The translations under genes were made by a program, and so were the position numbers. 64,000 bases of DNA, taken from contig CM000150.2 of NCBI GenBank assembly GCA_000004695.1, positions 2,624,001 to 2,688,000 of the forward strand, in the 5' to 3' direction. The DNA comes from Dictyostelium discoideum. Lineage: Eukaryota. Below are positions 1 to 16,784 of this stretch, piece by piece (within the stretch, counting starts at the first letter, position 1; every line of letters begins with the position of its first letter). The notes beneath the pieces are model-generated. The model made no database searches and had not been told where the DNA came from. It worked only from the letters and a program-made list of their open reading frames with translations.

Positions 1-1095
1 AAACGGAAAGTCTCTTTTTAGATTCAAATGCCTTTTGGTGGTTTTAAAAAAATATTAAAAAAAAAAAAAAAAAAAAAAATATATTTCAAAAAAAAAAAGA
101 AACGATTCTTTAGTTTCTGAAATTGTGTAAATAAAACCAATGAAAAAAAAAAAAAAAAAAAATAAACAATCAAATATTTTTTTTTTTAAAAAAACAGTTT
201 AGAAAAAATATTAAAAAATCATGTTATACCAATTTATTATTTTTGGTGGTTTTTTTTTTTTTTTTTTTTTTTTTTCTCATTTTCCTTTTTTTTCAATCGA
301 TATTGAATTACTTAAAGGTTTCTTTTTTATTTTATTTTTTAATCTTTACACAAAAACTCATTCTTTTAATTCATTTTTTTAAAAAAAAAGATATAAAATA
401 TCATGATTCCAATTGGTGTAGTGGAATGATGTGAGTAAATATATTTATTTTCATTTTTTTTTTTTTTTTTTTTTTTTATTTTTTTTTTTTAATAATACTT
501 ATCGTTTTTATTTTTTTTTTTTTTTTTTAAAACCTTATAAAAAAATGTGTGGTTACATATACAATGATATTTTTGCTATAATTTTTCCAAATAAAAATAA
601 AAATAAAATTAATAAATTAAATAAAATAAATAATTAATTGGATAATTAAAAAAAAAAAAAATTAATATTAATTAAAAAAAAAAAAAAAAAGTAAACCCCA
701 AATATCTGTTATTTAAATTAGAAATTTTAGATGTTATTTTTATATATTTTGTTATATATAAAATAACTTATCAACTATTTCGATTTGATTTGTATTTTAT
801 AGTTGGTTAGTAAAAACAGAAATTTTTAAAATATGTTTTAATTTAAATAATATTATACTTAATTTATCTTCTTTGATTGGTAGAATAATACTTTGGAACC
901 ATCCATTTTCTGTAAAAATAAATTTGGTTTATTTTTATTAAATGTTTAAACATATCTTGGAAAAAATAAAAAAATAAGATAAAAATAAAAAATAAAAAGA
1001 TTTAACCCCAACTATCAATATAAATTTTAAAATAAATAATAACAAATAAATTTAAATTTTGTTTTAAAAAATAATAATAATTATCTGTTCTAAAT

Positions 1096-1127
<32 letters not shown>

Positions 1128-1583
1128 TGAAAAAAGAAAAAGAATGAAAAAAAAAAAAAAGAATGAAAAACAAATTTGGTCCAATTAAAAATAAATAAAT
1201 TTTAAATAACATGAACATTTAATAATATTTATTTAAAAATACCAATAAAAAAAAAAATTATTAAAAAAAAAAATCCTTTAATTTCCACTGATAAAATCAA
1301 CAAAATATTAAAATTATATATAATTTTATGTTTCTATACATCTTACCAAACTCTAAATGACCAGTTAATCCTATTGAAAGGTAAAAAAAAAATTAAAAAA
1401 AAAAAAAAAAGAAATTAAGGTAATTGATTTTGTTATAAAATTATTTTTTTTTTTTTTTTTTTTAATTTTATTTTTTTATTTTTTTTTTTTGTTAATTTAA
1501 TTTTGAGAAAAAAAAAAAAAAACTCTTTGGTTTTCAATCATTAATGAAATAATTTTAACAAAACCCAAAGCCTGTTTAGTACT

Positions 1584-1621
<38 letters not shown>

Positions 1622-2237
1622 AACTTTTAAAATTTTTATTTAATATTTCTTTGAAAAAAAAAATATCATTGCACTTCGTCAAACTTTATAAGCAAAGAAA
1701 AAATAATCTTAAGTTCATTGAGATGCTTTTTTAAAAAATTTTACTCATTGTGCAAATTAGCAGAATAGTTTTGTTTTTGTGTAACGCAAAGTTGAATATC
1801 TATTTTTTCAATGGATAAAATGGCAAATTACAATTTTGAATTTTTTTTCTTTTGGGATTTTTTCTTTTTTTATTTTTTTTTTTTTTTTTGGATATTTTTT
1901 TACTTTAAAACAAAATAAAATGATTGGATCAATGATTAGTTTGAGCTCGATTAAATCTTGGGGGAAAAAAAAAAAAAAAATAAAAATAAATAAAAAAATA
2001 AAAATAAAAAAAAATAAAAAGAAAATAAAAAAAAAAAAAAAAATGATATTTTATTGACAATGTGGTTGTTTAATTTTAACAATGAAAATTTTTTTTTTTT
2101 TTTTCACAAAAAAAAAGAAGAGAAAATAAAAAAAAGAAAAATAAAATAAGAGAAAGGAAAAAAAAAGAAAAAAAAAAAAGAAATAAAAAAAAAAAATAAA
2201 ATAAAAAAAAAAAAAAAGAAATAAAAAAAGGAATAAA

Positions 2238-2269
<32 letters not shown>

Positions 2270-2393
2270 AAAGAAAGAAAAAAAAAAAAAAAGAAATAAA
2301 AAACTAAATAAAAAAGAAAACAATTTTAACTCCCAACCAAAACCATTTTGATCAATTTTATTATTAGTTAATTCATTATTAGCTCAAGTATGA

Positions 2394-2505
<112 letters not shown>

Positions 2506-2542
2506 TTATTTTTTCTCTTCAATTACTATTTTTATTATTTTA

Positions 2543-2573
<31 letters not shown>

Positions 2574-3247
2574 CTCTATTATTATTTTTATTATCATTAT
2601 TATTATTTATTTTATTATTATTACTATTTATTATTATTAAAGAAATAAATATTGATTTAAAAAAATAAAAAAAAATGGACTCGTAAAGCAATTGGAAAAA
2701 TTCTTGTTGATGTCATCTTTGCCATTTTAAAAAAAAAAATAAAAATAAAAATAAAAAAATAAAAATAAAAATAAAAAAAACTAAAAAATTGATATAATTT
2801 GATTGACATTCTTTTTTTTTTTTTTTTTTTTATTATTTTTTATTTAATTAATAAACTATTTCATTCTTTAATTATTTTTTTTTTTATTATTTTTTTATTA
2901 TTTTTTTATTATTTTTTTATTATTTTTTTTAATCACTGTGATTACTTTTCTCATTAAATTTCTCTCAAAAAAAAATTTTCAAGTGAGACAAGAGAGAAGT
3001 AACAGCTCTCTAAAATTTTTAGATTTTTTTTTTTAAATAAAAAAAAAAAAAAAAAATTTTAAAAAAAAAAAAAAATTTAAAAAAAAAAAAAAAAAAATTT
3101 TTTTTTATTATTTTATTAAGTTTTACAACAGCCGTTTATATAATTTTTATTCTTATTATAACTATTATATAATTTTTTTATTTTTTTTTCTCATTCCAAC
3201 TAAATTACTATTATCCTTTATAATAAATTTATATATATATATTAAAA

Positions 3248-4493
<1,246 letters not shown>

Positions 4494-4564
4494 ATTAATA
4501 TTTCATAAAAATAAATAATAATAATAAAAAAAAAAATAAAAAAAATAAAATAATTGTAATCAAA

Positions 4565-4690
4565 AGTCTTTTTAATAAATGATAATAATGGTGATGATGA
4601 TAATGATGTTTAATAAAGAGATTAAAGTCTTTTTAATAAATGATAATAATGGTGATGATGATGATGATGATGTTTAATAAAGAGATTAAA
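4565..4690 (+). repeat. Tandem duplication (2 units of about 61-66 bp) in the rab7 3' flank
   Basis: The unit AGTCTTTTTAATAAATGATAATAATGGTGATGATGAT(A/G)ATGAT..GTTTAATAAAGAGATTAAA occurs twice in direct tandem. Confidence 0.8.
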
Positions 4691-5415
4691 ATATTTAAAA
4701 AAATTATTACCCATTTTATTTGATTTTATGAATTGTTATAATCATAAAAAATATATATATAATTAAATAATATATTATATATATATATTTTTTTTTAGAA
4801 TATACAAAGATTAATACTTTTTTTTATGAAATAAATAATATAAATTATAAAAAATATTAAAACAAAAAAAAATTTAATAAAATAAATAATTTTTTTTTTT
4901 TTTTTTATTATTATTACCCTTTTAAGTGAAAAATTTTACCCTTTTTGCCATTGCCCAATAAAGCACAAAATAAAATAAAAAAATCAATCAATAATAAAAA
5001 AAAAAAACAGGGTAAAAATGATGAGATTTTGTAATAATATTTTTAATAATTTTAATTATCTTGCACAATTTTTTTCCAAAGAAAAGAAAAATGGTAAAAT
5101 AAAAATAATTAAATCCTCATCACAAAAAATAAAAAAAAAAAAAACCTAGTCACTGAGGTCAGCATTTGAATTTTTTGTCTTTATAAGAATTTTTTTTTTT
5201 TTTTTTCCATACATTATTATATTTTTATTTATTTTTTCTTATTTTTTTTTAATTTTTTAATTTTTTATTTTTTTATTTTTTAATTTTTTAATTTTTTATT
5301 TTTTTTTTTTATTTTTATTTTTATTTTTTATTTAACTACAACAAATCATATATGTATAAAATATAATAATAATTAAATTTATAAATTCATTGTATAAAAA
5401 AAAAATCAAAAGAAG

Positions 5416-5465
<50 letters not shown>

Positions 5466-5487
5466 CAAACAAAAATAAAAATTAAAA

Positions 5488-6345
<858 letters not shown>

Positions 6346-6811
6346 TAATCAATTTAAAAAAAAAAAAAAAAATAAAAAAAATTAAAAAAATAAAAAAAAT
6401 AAAAACAAGATCGTACAATTGTAAATATATAATATATAATAAATTAGGGAAAAACTATAGTAATTTTAATTTTTTAATTTTTTAATTTTTTTTATTTATT
6501 TTTTTTTATTTTTTTTTTTTTTTTTTTTTTTTGGAAAAGCAATCAAAAGATCAAAAAACCATTTTTTATTATATTATTTTTATTTTTATTTTTTTTTTTT
6601 TTTGATTAAATTATTTTTTTTATTTTTTTAATTTTGCGAAAAAAAAAAAAAAAAAAAAAAATGAAACTCAATTTCATTTTATATTTTTAGAGAACAATAA
6701 ACTTCAAAAACATTTATTGTTTTTGTTTTTCCAAAAACATTAAAACACACCACATCAACATAGACCCCCCCTCCACTTCTCCCATAACACAAAATATAAA
6801 AATTAAAGAAG

Positions 6812-7796
6812 ATGTCAATTAAAACGCTAACATTATATAATTTTAATACCAGTTATTCATTTGGTAAAGAGGAGAAAAAAGAAAAAGAACAATCACTTAC
6901 ATCAAAATTAGCACGTTTAAAAGATTCTTATGAAAAAGAAGGATTAAGAAAAGCAGTAGAGGGTATCATTATTATTCATGATCATGGTCATCCTCATATA
7001 TTACTTTTACAAGATAATAATTATTTTAAATTGTATGTATATTTTTACAAAAAATAAAATCTATAAATAATTCAATTCAATTCAATTTATAATTATACTA
7101 ACCATATATGGTTAACATATATATATATATATATAGACCGGGAGGTAAACTTAAACCAGGAGAAAATGAAATTGATGGACTTATAAGAAAATTAACAAAA
7201 AAACTATCACCAACAGGTACTCCTGTATCAGATGCACCTTGGGAGGTATGATAATTTATTTTATTATTTTTTAATTTTTACTACTATCATTTTTATACTA
7301 ATATTTTTTAATTTAATTTAATTTAATTTAATTTATTTAATTTATTTAATTTTTAAAGATTGGTGATCATGTTTCAACATGGTGGAGACCAAATTTTGAA
7401 CCATCCCTTGTATGTATAATTTACTTTTTTTTTTTTTTAAACCCCAAATTTAAGATTAATAAGAAAATCTAATTTTCGTTTTTTTATTATTTTTTTTATA
7501 GTTTCCATATATTCCTTCTCATATAACTAAACCAAAAGAATGTAAAAAACTATTTGTTGTTACCCTTCCTGAAAAATGTAAGTAAAAAAAAAAAAACAAT
7601 ATTTAAGTTTTGGTTACTAATTTACATCATCATTAATATGAAAAAAATAGGTAAATTTGCTGTTTCAAATAATTTAAGTTTAATTGCTGTGTCACTTTAT
7701 GAAATTTATAATAATTCTCAAAGATATGGTGCTGTAATTTCAAGTATTCCTGCACTCATTAGTAGATATACTTTCGTTTATCTCAATGTAGATTAG
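6812..7796 (+). CDS. Cleavage and polyadenylation specificity factor subunit 5 (CFIm25/NUDT21) homolog; 5 exons, 200 aa
   Basis: Exons 6812-7032, 7137-7245, 7359-7409, 7502-7577, 7651-7796. The spliced protein ...GLRKAVEGIIIIHDHGHPHILLLQDNNYFKLPGGKLKPGENEIDGL...[90 protein letters not shown] matches recalled human NUDT21 ([44 protein letters not shown]...[75 protein letters not shown]). Donors are GTATGT, GTATGA, GTATGT and GTAAGT, and all phases are consistent. Confidence 0.85.
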
Positions 7797-8260
7797 ATAT
7801 AACCAAAAAAAAAAATAAAAAAATAAAAAATGATAAAAAATAAAAATAATAAAAATATATATATATAAAAAACAACAGAATGAATGTAATCATTCTGTTT
7901 TTTGATTTTTTTTTTTTAAGTGTCAAATTTAAATGTTTTTATTGTCAATAAAATATTATTTTCACCTTTTTTTTTTTTATTGATAAAAACACCTAAATTT
8001 TTATTTTTAATATTTTAGTAAATTGGATTTATTTTTACTTTGAAATAAAATAAAATGAAGTAAAAAATAATTTAATTTATGATCGTTTTATGATTTTTCA
8101 TTGTGTGTGTTTAAAAATCAAAAAACATTTTGGTTGTAAATTTTTTTTTTTTTTTTTTTTTTTTTTCAATTTTTTTTTATTTTTTTTTTATTTTTTATTT
8201 TTTTTATATTTTTTTTTTTTTCATTCATTTTTATTCCTTCACACACAATATATATCGAAA

Positions 8261-8988
<728 letters not shown>

Positions 8989-9519
8989 AAATAATAACAA
9001 TAGTAATAATAATAACAATAATTAATAATAATAATATACTTTAAATACAAACAATCGCACGATAAGATTGTAAAAGGAAAAAAAGAATCAAATCACGAAA
9101 AAAAAAAAAAAAAAAAACAAATCACGTTATCAAGAACCATATACTACTTTTTTAATATAAACGTAGAAAGAAAACTAAAAACCTAAAAAAAAAACAAATA
9201 AAAAAATATAAAATTGTAAAAACAAAATTAAAAAAAAATAAAAAAAAATATCTAATTATATGTTTACAATAATCTTGGGGAAAAAAAAAAAAAAAAAAAA
9301 AGGAAAAAGAAAATGTTACTTAAACTAAAAATTTTTTTTTATTTTTTATTTTTTTTTTTTTTAATATTTAAATGTAGTCTTTTTTTAATCCTTTTCATTT
9401 TACCTGTTTCTTCTTTTTTTTTTTTCTTTTTTTTTTTTTTCCTGATTTGTTTTTTTTTTTTTTTTTTTTTTCTTTTCCTGACTTGTTTTTTTTTATTTTT
9501 TTTTTTTTATTAAATTAAT

Positions 9520-10450
9520 TTAACCAGAGAAAGAAATTGAACTTCTAATTTCAGTTTTTGGTAAAAAACGGATTAAATTTAATTTTTGGTCAAATTGACA
9601 AATTTCTTTTAAATTTTTATCCAAATTATTTTCAATATGACTGAGTATTGATTTATTATTTCTGTCACCAACTAAAGCAGTTTTCATATCGACATAAATT
9701 TCTTTAACTTCATTTTCCTCATCCAAATGTTTAATTACCCAACAGAATGGATGATTTTGACTAAATTGAACTAAAAATCTTACTGCTATATTATTATTAT
9801 TATTATTATTTACTCCACCATTTGTAGGTGATGGTGTTAATAATAACTCTTTTACTTTTTCATTTGTAATAAATAAAAATATCATTCCTAAATTCCAAAG
9901 ATCCATTGCATTCTTTTGATATTTAATAACTTTAAAAACTGGTGATAAAATTGAAATAAATGAATCAAATTCTTCATTTGTAATTTTATTTTCTTTTTTT
10001 TTTTTTATTATTATTATTAAAATTAATTAATATTAGTAAAAGTGGAAAAAAAGTGGGAAAAAAAAAAAAAGATAATATTTACCAGCAATTTGATTTAATA
10101 AATTTTGTAAAGGTTCATTTGGTAATAATTGATATTGTTGAACTAAATTTTTTCTAATATTTAAACAAATTGGAAAGAATTTTTGAAGTGTTTTAATAAC
10201 ACGATGATGAGTAACTTGATTAAATAAATATGGTTGTTTTTCTTGTTTTTCTTGTTTTTGTTTTTGTTGTTCTTGCTCTTGTTGTTGTTGTTGTTGCTGT
10301 TGTTGAAGCTTATCAGCATCCTCTAATGATAATGAATGTAAACTATGAGTGTTGCTGTTATTTTCTTGATTGTTTGATATTAATAATGGTACAGTGTCTT
10401 TATACTATTTATTTTTTTAAAAAAAAAATAATAGATTAGTTTATAATTAT

Positions 10451-10490
<40 letters not shown>

Positions 10491-10876
10491 ATTGACAAAA
10501 CTTACTAAAAATATTTCATCTTTTAATAATTGACAAAAATGATCAACCCATTGGGAATCATTTGCAAATACTATGAATCTCTCAGAGTAATTTGTTTCAA
10601 TTGTAAATTGTTCTTTGGTGATTTTATGAATTAAGCAAATTGAAAATTTCAATGAAGAAAATTGTGTTGTTGCTTTTACACATTTTAATGCTGTCTTACC
10701 GCTATATTTATTATTCTCAATTGGGAATAAATCAAATGTATGATGTTCAAATAAATCTGATTTTTCATTATTACTTAAACTTAATGGTGATGTATTTCCA
10801 TTATTATTATTATCATTTTCATTATTTCCATTCTGTATATTATTATTATTGTTATTATTATTACTATTACTATTAC

Positions 10877-10970
<94 letters not shown>

Positions 10971-12041
10971 GTTTATATTATTATTTATATTATTACTATT
11001 ATCGATACTATTTAAATTACCTATATTATTATTATTATTATTATTGTTTATATTATTATTTATATTATTATTTATATTATTTACATTATTATTTATATTA
11101 CTATTTATATTATTATTATTATTTATATTATTATTATCATTTTCATTTGAATGGTTCGGTGATAAAGAAGTATTTATAATATTATTTGTAATTGGTATAA
11201 TTGTACTATTTTGACCAATACTATTGATAGTTTGAGCAGAAGAATGTACTTTTAATTTTGAATAAGTGTATGGAAAGTTTGAAGTTGTGAGCATTTCAAT
11301 TATTAATTCATCAGGTTGCATTTGTTTATGTCTTTTAAGCATACCAGGGAATGGTTGTCTAGCAAATACCAATACTGCACTAGAATTACCATCGATAAGA
11401 TCTAAAGATGAATTGAAATCTTTTGGAGATGTTGTTGAGAATCCAATTGAAAATCGGTCCAATTCTTTCAATAAAATTGATAAATGTTTTGAAAGGTTAT
11501 GTAAATCTAATAATTTCAATTGTAATGAATGTGTAATAACAAATTCGAATCCAGTGACTAATTGAATTATTGAATCCCATAATGTTTTTATAATTGTAAT
11601 GGTTTGAGTTATCTCTTGAATAAGTAATGCACAAACTTGTGTAATATGTTGTGACTGTTGTTCAAATATAAATTCAGTTGGAAAATCTGAATCAATTAAT
11701 TTACTATTATTATTATTATTATTTTCATTTTTGTCTAATTGTTGTTGTTGTTGTTGTTGCTGTTGTTGTTTCTCTTCATATTCTTTCATTTGATTTTTTA
11801 AACTTATACCTTGTAAAATTAATCTATTTTGTTTTGCAATAAAATTTGAACATAATAATTTTAACTCTTTTGATTTTTTACTATAATAGTCATGTTCTTC
11901 TTTCATGAAACCATCAATTGTAATTGCAGATGATTGCTCCGATAATAATTGTTTTTGTTTTATTTCTGATTGAATTCTATGTTTGGCAAGTTCTTCAACC
12001 AATAATAATGGTTGAAGTTGTTGTAGTAATTCATCTGACAT
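9520..12041 (-). CDS. Coiled-coil and PH-domain protein of unknown function (about 776 aa), 3 exons, poly-Q/poly-N tracts
   Basis: Minus-strand exons 12041..10506, 10404..10083, 9992..9520. Intron 1 is 10405-10505, with donor GTAAGT at 10505-10500 and acceptor AAATAG. Intron 2 is 9993-10082, with donor GTAAAT and acceptor AAAAG. The phases run 0/0 then 1/1. The 518-aa ORF ends KDEIFL at a GTAAGT donor. The downstream exon has no ATG but continues in frame (YKDTVPLLISNN...QQQQ...NQIAG, then ENKITNEEFDSFISILSPVFKVIKYQKNAMDLWN...). The segment KSDLFEHHTFDLFPIENNKYSGKTALKCVKATTQFSSLKFSICLIHKITKEQFTIETNYSERFIVFANDSQWVDHFCQLL has PH-domain character. Confidence 0.6.
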
Positions 12042-12556
12042 TTTATAATAATAATAATATATAAATATTTTTTTATGTAAAAAAATAAAAATATATATAT
12101 CTCTAAATGTGAGAAATTAAAAATAAAAAAAAAATGTAAAAAAAGAAAAAAAAAAAAAATTTTCTCTCACCCCCTATGAGACCAAAAACCCGAAAAAAAA
12201 AAAACCATTTTTTTAATAAAAAATAAAAATAAAAAAAAATAAAAAAAAATAATCTTATTAAAATAAATAAAAAAAAAATACTATTATAGGAATTTTGAGA
12301 TCTTATTTAGTTAATTATAAAATAAAATAATAATTTTTAAAAAAAAAAAAAAAAAAACATTAATTAAAAAAAAAAAAAAAAAAAATATCCTAATCAAAAA
12401 AAAACATTAATTAAAAAAAAAAAAAAAATTTAATAATAAAAAATTAAAATTATTTTTAGTTTAAACAATATTCCTTTTTTTTTTTTTTTTTGGAATATAT
12501 AATGAAATCAAGATATATTTTTAGTAATAGTTTTAGTTTAATCAAAATAATAATAG

Positions 12557-12607
<51 letters not shown>

Positions 12608-12801
12608 AAAAATAAATAAAATTTATTTACTCACAGAAAAAAAACGAGCTTTTTAAAAAAGTTTTCGTTTTGTCATTTTTTTTTTTTAATTTATTTTTAT
12701 TTTTAATTTTTTATTTATTATCATCTCTCAATTGAAAAAAAAAAAAAAAATTTATTATTATTATTTTATTATTAATAAATAATAAATAATAAATAATAAA
12801 T

Positions 12802-13126
12802 ATGGCAGTTAGTAAAAATATAAAATCAAATGTTTCTACACATGTAACAAAGAAAGCAACTAAAAAAACTACAAATAATGGTGAAGAATCAAAAACTGTT
12901 AAAAAAGCAGTCAATAATAAATTATTATCTGATGAAATCAATGAAATTTTACATAGTTCAGAGAATATAAAGAAATCAATTGATCCAGAATCCATGGATT
13001 ATTTTGGTGATTCAGCAAAAGTATCGAAATCTGATGAAAATTTTGGTGAAATTGAAGATGATAAGTATGTACATATTTTTCCCTTTTTTTTTTTATAAAA
13101 ATTATAATTAGCTAATTATTTATTAC

Positions 13127-13223
<97 letters not shown>

Positions 13224-13727
13224 GTCGAGGTACAAGATTAAAGGGTGATATTCCAACAGAATTCACATCTGGTAAATATTCAGGTAAAAAATCATCAAGA
13301 AAAGATAATGATATGGAAGAAGATGATGAACTTGATCAAGATAATGAATATGATATTTTTGGTGGTGATAAACAAGATGATGATGATGGTGATGATGACA
13401 ACAGTGAGGATTTAGATGATGCTTTTGATTTTCAAGATAAACAAGATGATGATGATGATGATGATGACAAAGAAGATGATGATGAAGATGATGATGATGA
13501 TGAAAATGTTGTAGTATCATCAAATATTGATAGAGCTGATATGTTATTTAAAAAATTACAAAAACAAGAAAAGGAAGAAGAAAAACAACCAAAATTAGTT
13601 GGTCACACAAATGAAGCTGATGAAATGGAAAAAGCTCAAAATACAAAGAATCAAACTGTAAATAATATATTATTTTATTTATTTATTCATTTATTTATTT
13701 ATTGAATTATTTAATTGACTCAATTTA

Positions 13728-13808
<81 letters not shown>

Positions 13809-14688
13809 TTAGGCATTATATAATGAATTTTTAACAACTAGAATTTTATTACAAAAAACTATAAATTGTGCAAATAAATTACCAAAACCAAAAATATATA
13901 AAGAATTTTTAGAATTAAATGATGAATCATTACAAAAGAAATTTAAAGAAACTAAAACAGCATCATGTTTATTAATATCAGAATTATATAATCTTCAATC
14001 TGAATTGATTGATTTAAATGATGAAATTCCAAAACAACAACAATCAAAGAAAAGAATTAGACCAGATCAAAGTTTATCAGAGATTTGGAATACCATTGAA
14101 GAACAAAATCAAAGATTAGATCAATTTCATAATCAAACAATTACAAAATGGAATAATAGAATTAGCGTTACTTCTTCAATCAATAGTGGTGGTAAAGGTG
14201 GAAATAATTTGAAATCACTTAATCAATCAATTTTATCACAAATTCAAAATACATTAAATGATTTTGAAAGATTACAAAAAAGAACAAAATTAAAGAGAAC
14301 TACATATAGAATTATAGGCGAGAAGCAACAACAACTATCAAGTGCAAATAGTATTGACCAAAATGAAGAAGAAAAAGATGAATATGATGATGAGATTTTC
14401 GATGATACAGATTTCTATCAAACTTTATTAAAAGATTTAGAGGCTAATAATAGTGAAGAGAATGAAGTTGGTTCACAATATTGGATTGAAATGAGAAATT
14501 TAAAAAAGAAAAAGAAGAAGAAGGTTAATCAAAAAGCATCAAAGGGTAGAATCCTTCGTTATGAAGTTTTCCCAAAACTTGAAAATTTTATGACACCACA
14601 ATCATTACCAATCCCTGATTGGAATATTGATCAACTTTATCAAAATTTATTTGGTGGTTTAGGAAATGTTAATATTAATTTAAATTAG
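12802..14688 (+). CDS. AATF/Che-1/Bfr2 homolog (apoptosis-antagonizing transcription factor; AATF-Che1 and TRAUB domains); 3 exons, 523 aa
   Basis: Exons 12802-13064, 13225-13657, 13813-14688. Both introns are filled with (ATT)n microsatellites. It has a highly acidic D/E-rich N-terminal region. Exon 3 (ALYNEFLTTRILLQKTINCANKLPKPKIYKEFLELNDE...ELYNLQSELIDLNDE) matches the AATF-Che1 core. The C-terminus (KASKGRILRYEVFPKLENFMTPQS...NIDQLYQNLFGG) matches the TRAUB domain as recalled from AATF/Bfr2. Confidence 0.8.
13118..13222 (+). repeat. (ATT)n microsatellite forming AATF intron 1
   Basis: A perfect array. The acceptor ATTATAG is at its 3' edge. Confidence 0.9.
13731..13808 (+). repeat. (ATT)n microsatellite forming AATF intron 2
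   Basis: A perfect array followed by the acceptor TTTTAG. Confidence 0.9.
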
Positions 14689-14838
14689 AGATTTAATTAA
14701 AATAAAAAAAAATAAAATAAATAAAAATAAAATAAAATAATAAAAAAAAAAAATCAATTGCTTATTTAATTTTTTTTTTGATTTTTGATTTTTTAATTGT
14801 TTTTTTTTTTTTTTAGGATGTATCAAATAAATAAAAAG

Positions 14839-14877
<39 letters not shown>

Positions 14878-14881
14878 TGGG

Positions 14882-14912
<31 letters not shown>

Positions 14913-15126
14913 CAAAATTTTGTGTCCTTTGACAATAAAAATAAATTGCTTAAACAAAAATTAGTGTTTTTATTTTGTTTTATTTTTATTTTTTATATCT
15001 CGATTGATTCAATAAATTTTTTTCCAAAAAAAAAAAAAAAAAAAAAAAAAAAACTTTTTTAAAAAAATAATTAAAGAAAAAATTTAAAAAAAAAAAAAAA
15101 ATTTTTAAAAAAAAAAAGTAAAAATT

Positions 15127-15166
<40 letters not shown>

Positions 15167-15563
15167 CCGAAGTTTTTTTTTTTTTTTTTTTTTTATTTTC
15201 AAGACCGACTTCTTCAGACAAAAGTGTACGTTAATTTTATACATATAATTTTTTTTTTTTTTATCATTTTTTTTTTTTTTTTTTATTATTGTTTACTTTA
15301 TTATTGTTTTTTATAATTTTTTTTTGTCTTATATGTACTTTTTAGACGCACAAAAATAGAAAATTAAAATAAAAAAAGAGTAAAACAAATGGCCTTTGTA
15401 TTGTGTGTTTTCAAATAGAAAAAAAAAAAAAAATTTATAAATAGAAGTTTATTTTCACCTTTTTTATCTTTTATTTGTTTATTCTTATTTTCTTTTTTTC
15501 TTTTTTTTTTTTTTCTTTTTTTTTTTTTCTTAACACACAATACCAAATAATAAAATAAAACTT

Positions 15564-15608
<45 letters not shown>

Positions 15609-16022
15609 TTAAAACCAAATTATTAAAAAGAAAGGAAAATTTAGTTTCTTATACTTTTCACATTTTGTTGGAGGGACTTTGATATAATTTCAACAATCAA
15701 TTCAATTAGTAATATCAACTGAACTAAAAAAATAAAAAAAATAAAATAAAAAAATAAAAAAAAAAAAAATAAAAAAAAAAAAAAAACCCCAAACCTCATT
15801 CTTTTTTACACATATAAAAATAGATACATTTGTGTTGTGCATTCGTTTTTTTTTTTTTTTTTTTTTTTTTTCACAAAAAAAAAAATAAAAATTAATTTAA
15901 ATTTAATTTTAAATTTATTATTTTTTTCTCACATACGACAAACTAAAAAAAAATAAATTATTAATTTTTAATTTTTTTTTTATTATTATTAAAATTTAAA
16001 TCACAAACGAAAGAAATAAAAC

Positions 16023-16722
16023 ATGTCCGCAAGGTAAATAGAATATGAAAAAACTAGTTTTTTTTTTTTGGCATCCTCTTTATATTTTTTCCTCCATAAA
16101 AAAAAAAAAAAAAAGCAAAAAAAAAAAAAGTTATAACAGGAATAAATAAAATAAGCTTCTTTTTTTTTTTTTTTTTTTTTTATCTGAGAGGGGGAGATAA
16201 AAAAAAAAAGAGGAAAAAAAAAAAAAAAGAAAAAAAGAAATAAAAATAGAACTCAAAATACTAATCAAGTTTTTTTTTTTTTTTTTTTATATTTAATAAA
16301 ATAGTAATAAAGATGACCAACTCATGAAAAATGAGTTCGAAAGTACCTACGACAAAATTGTCGATTCATTCGACAATATGGAGCTCCCAAAGGATCTCTT
16401 AAGAGGTATCTACTCCTATGGTTTTGAAAAGCCATCAGCCATCCAACAAAGAGCTATCATTCCACTCTCAAAAGGTTTTGATATTATTGCCCAAGCTCAA
16501 TCTGGTACTGGTAAAACTGCTACCTTCACCGTTGGTATCTTATCTAGAATTGATATTTCAGTCCTCAAATGTCAAGCTCTCATCATTGCCCCAACTCGTG
16601 AACTTGCTCAACAAATTCAAAAGGTAAATATTAAATAACCAAGATGACAAATACAGATGACGATGATAACAACGAAACAGATAACTAATAGAAAATCAAT
16701 TGGTGAATTATGATTAATTTGA

Positions 16723-16784
<62 letters not shown>

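Noticed and set aside
243-637. ORFs 243..434 and 431..637 (poly-F/K peptides)
   Set aside because: They are translations of T/A homopolymer runs. They have no complexity, no splice signals and no codon structure.
10640-11214. Plus-strand ORFs 10640..11179 and 10849..11214 (poly-Y/poly-L)
   Set aside because: They are antisense to the (AAT)n poly-N coding repeat of the minus-strand PH-domain gene.
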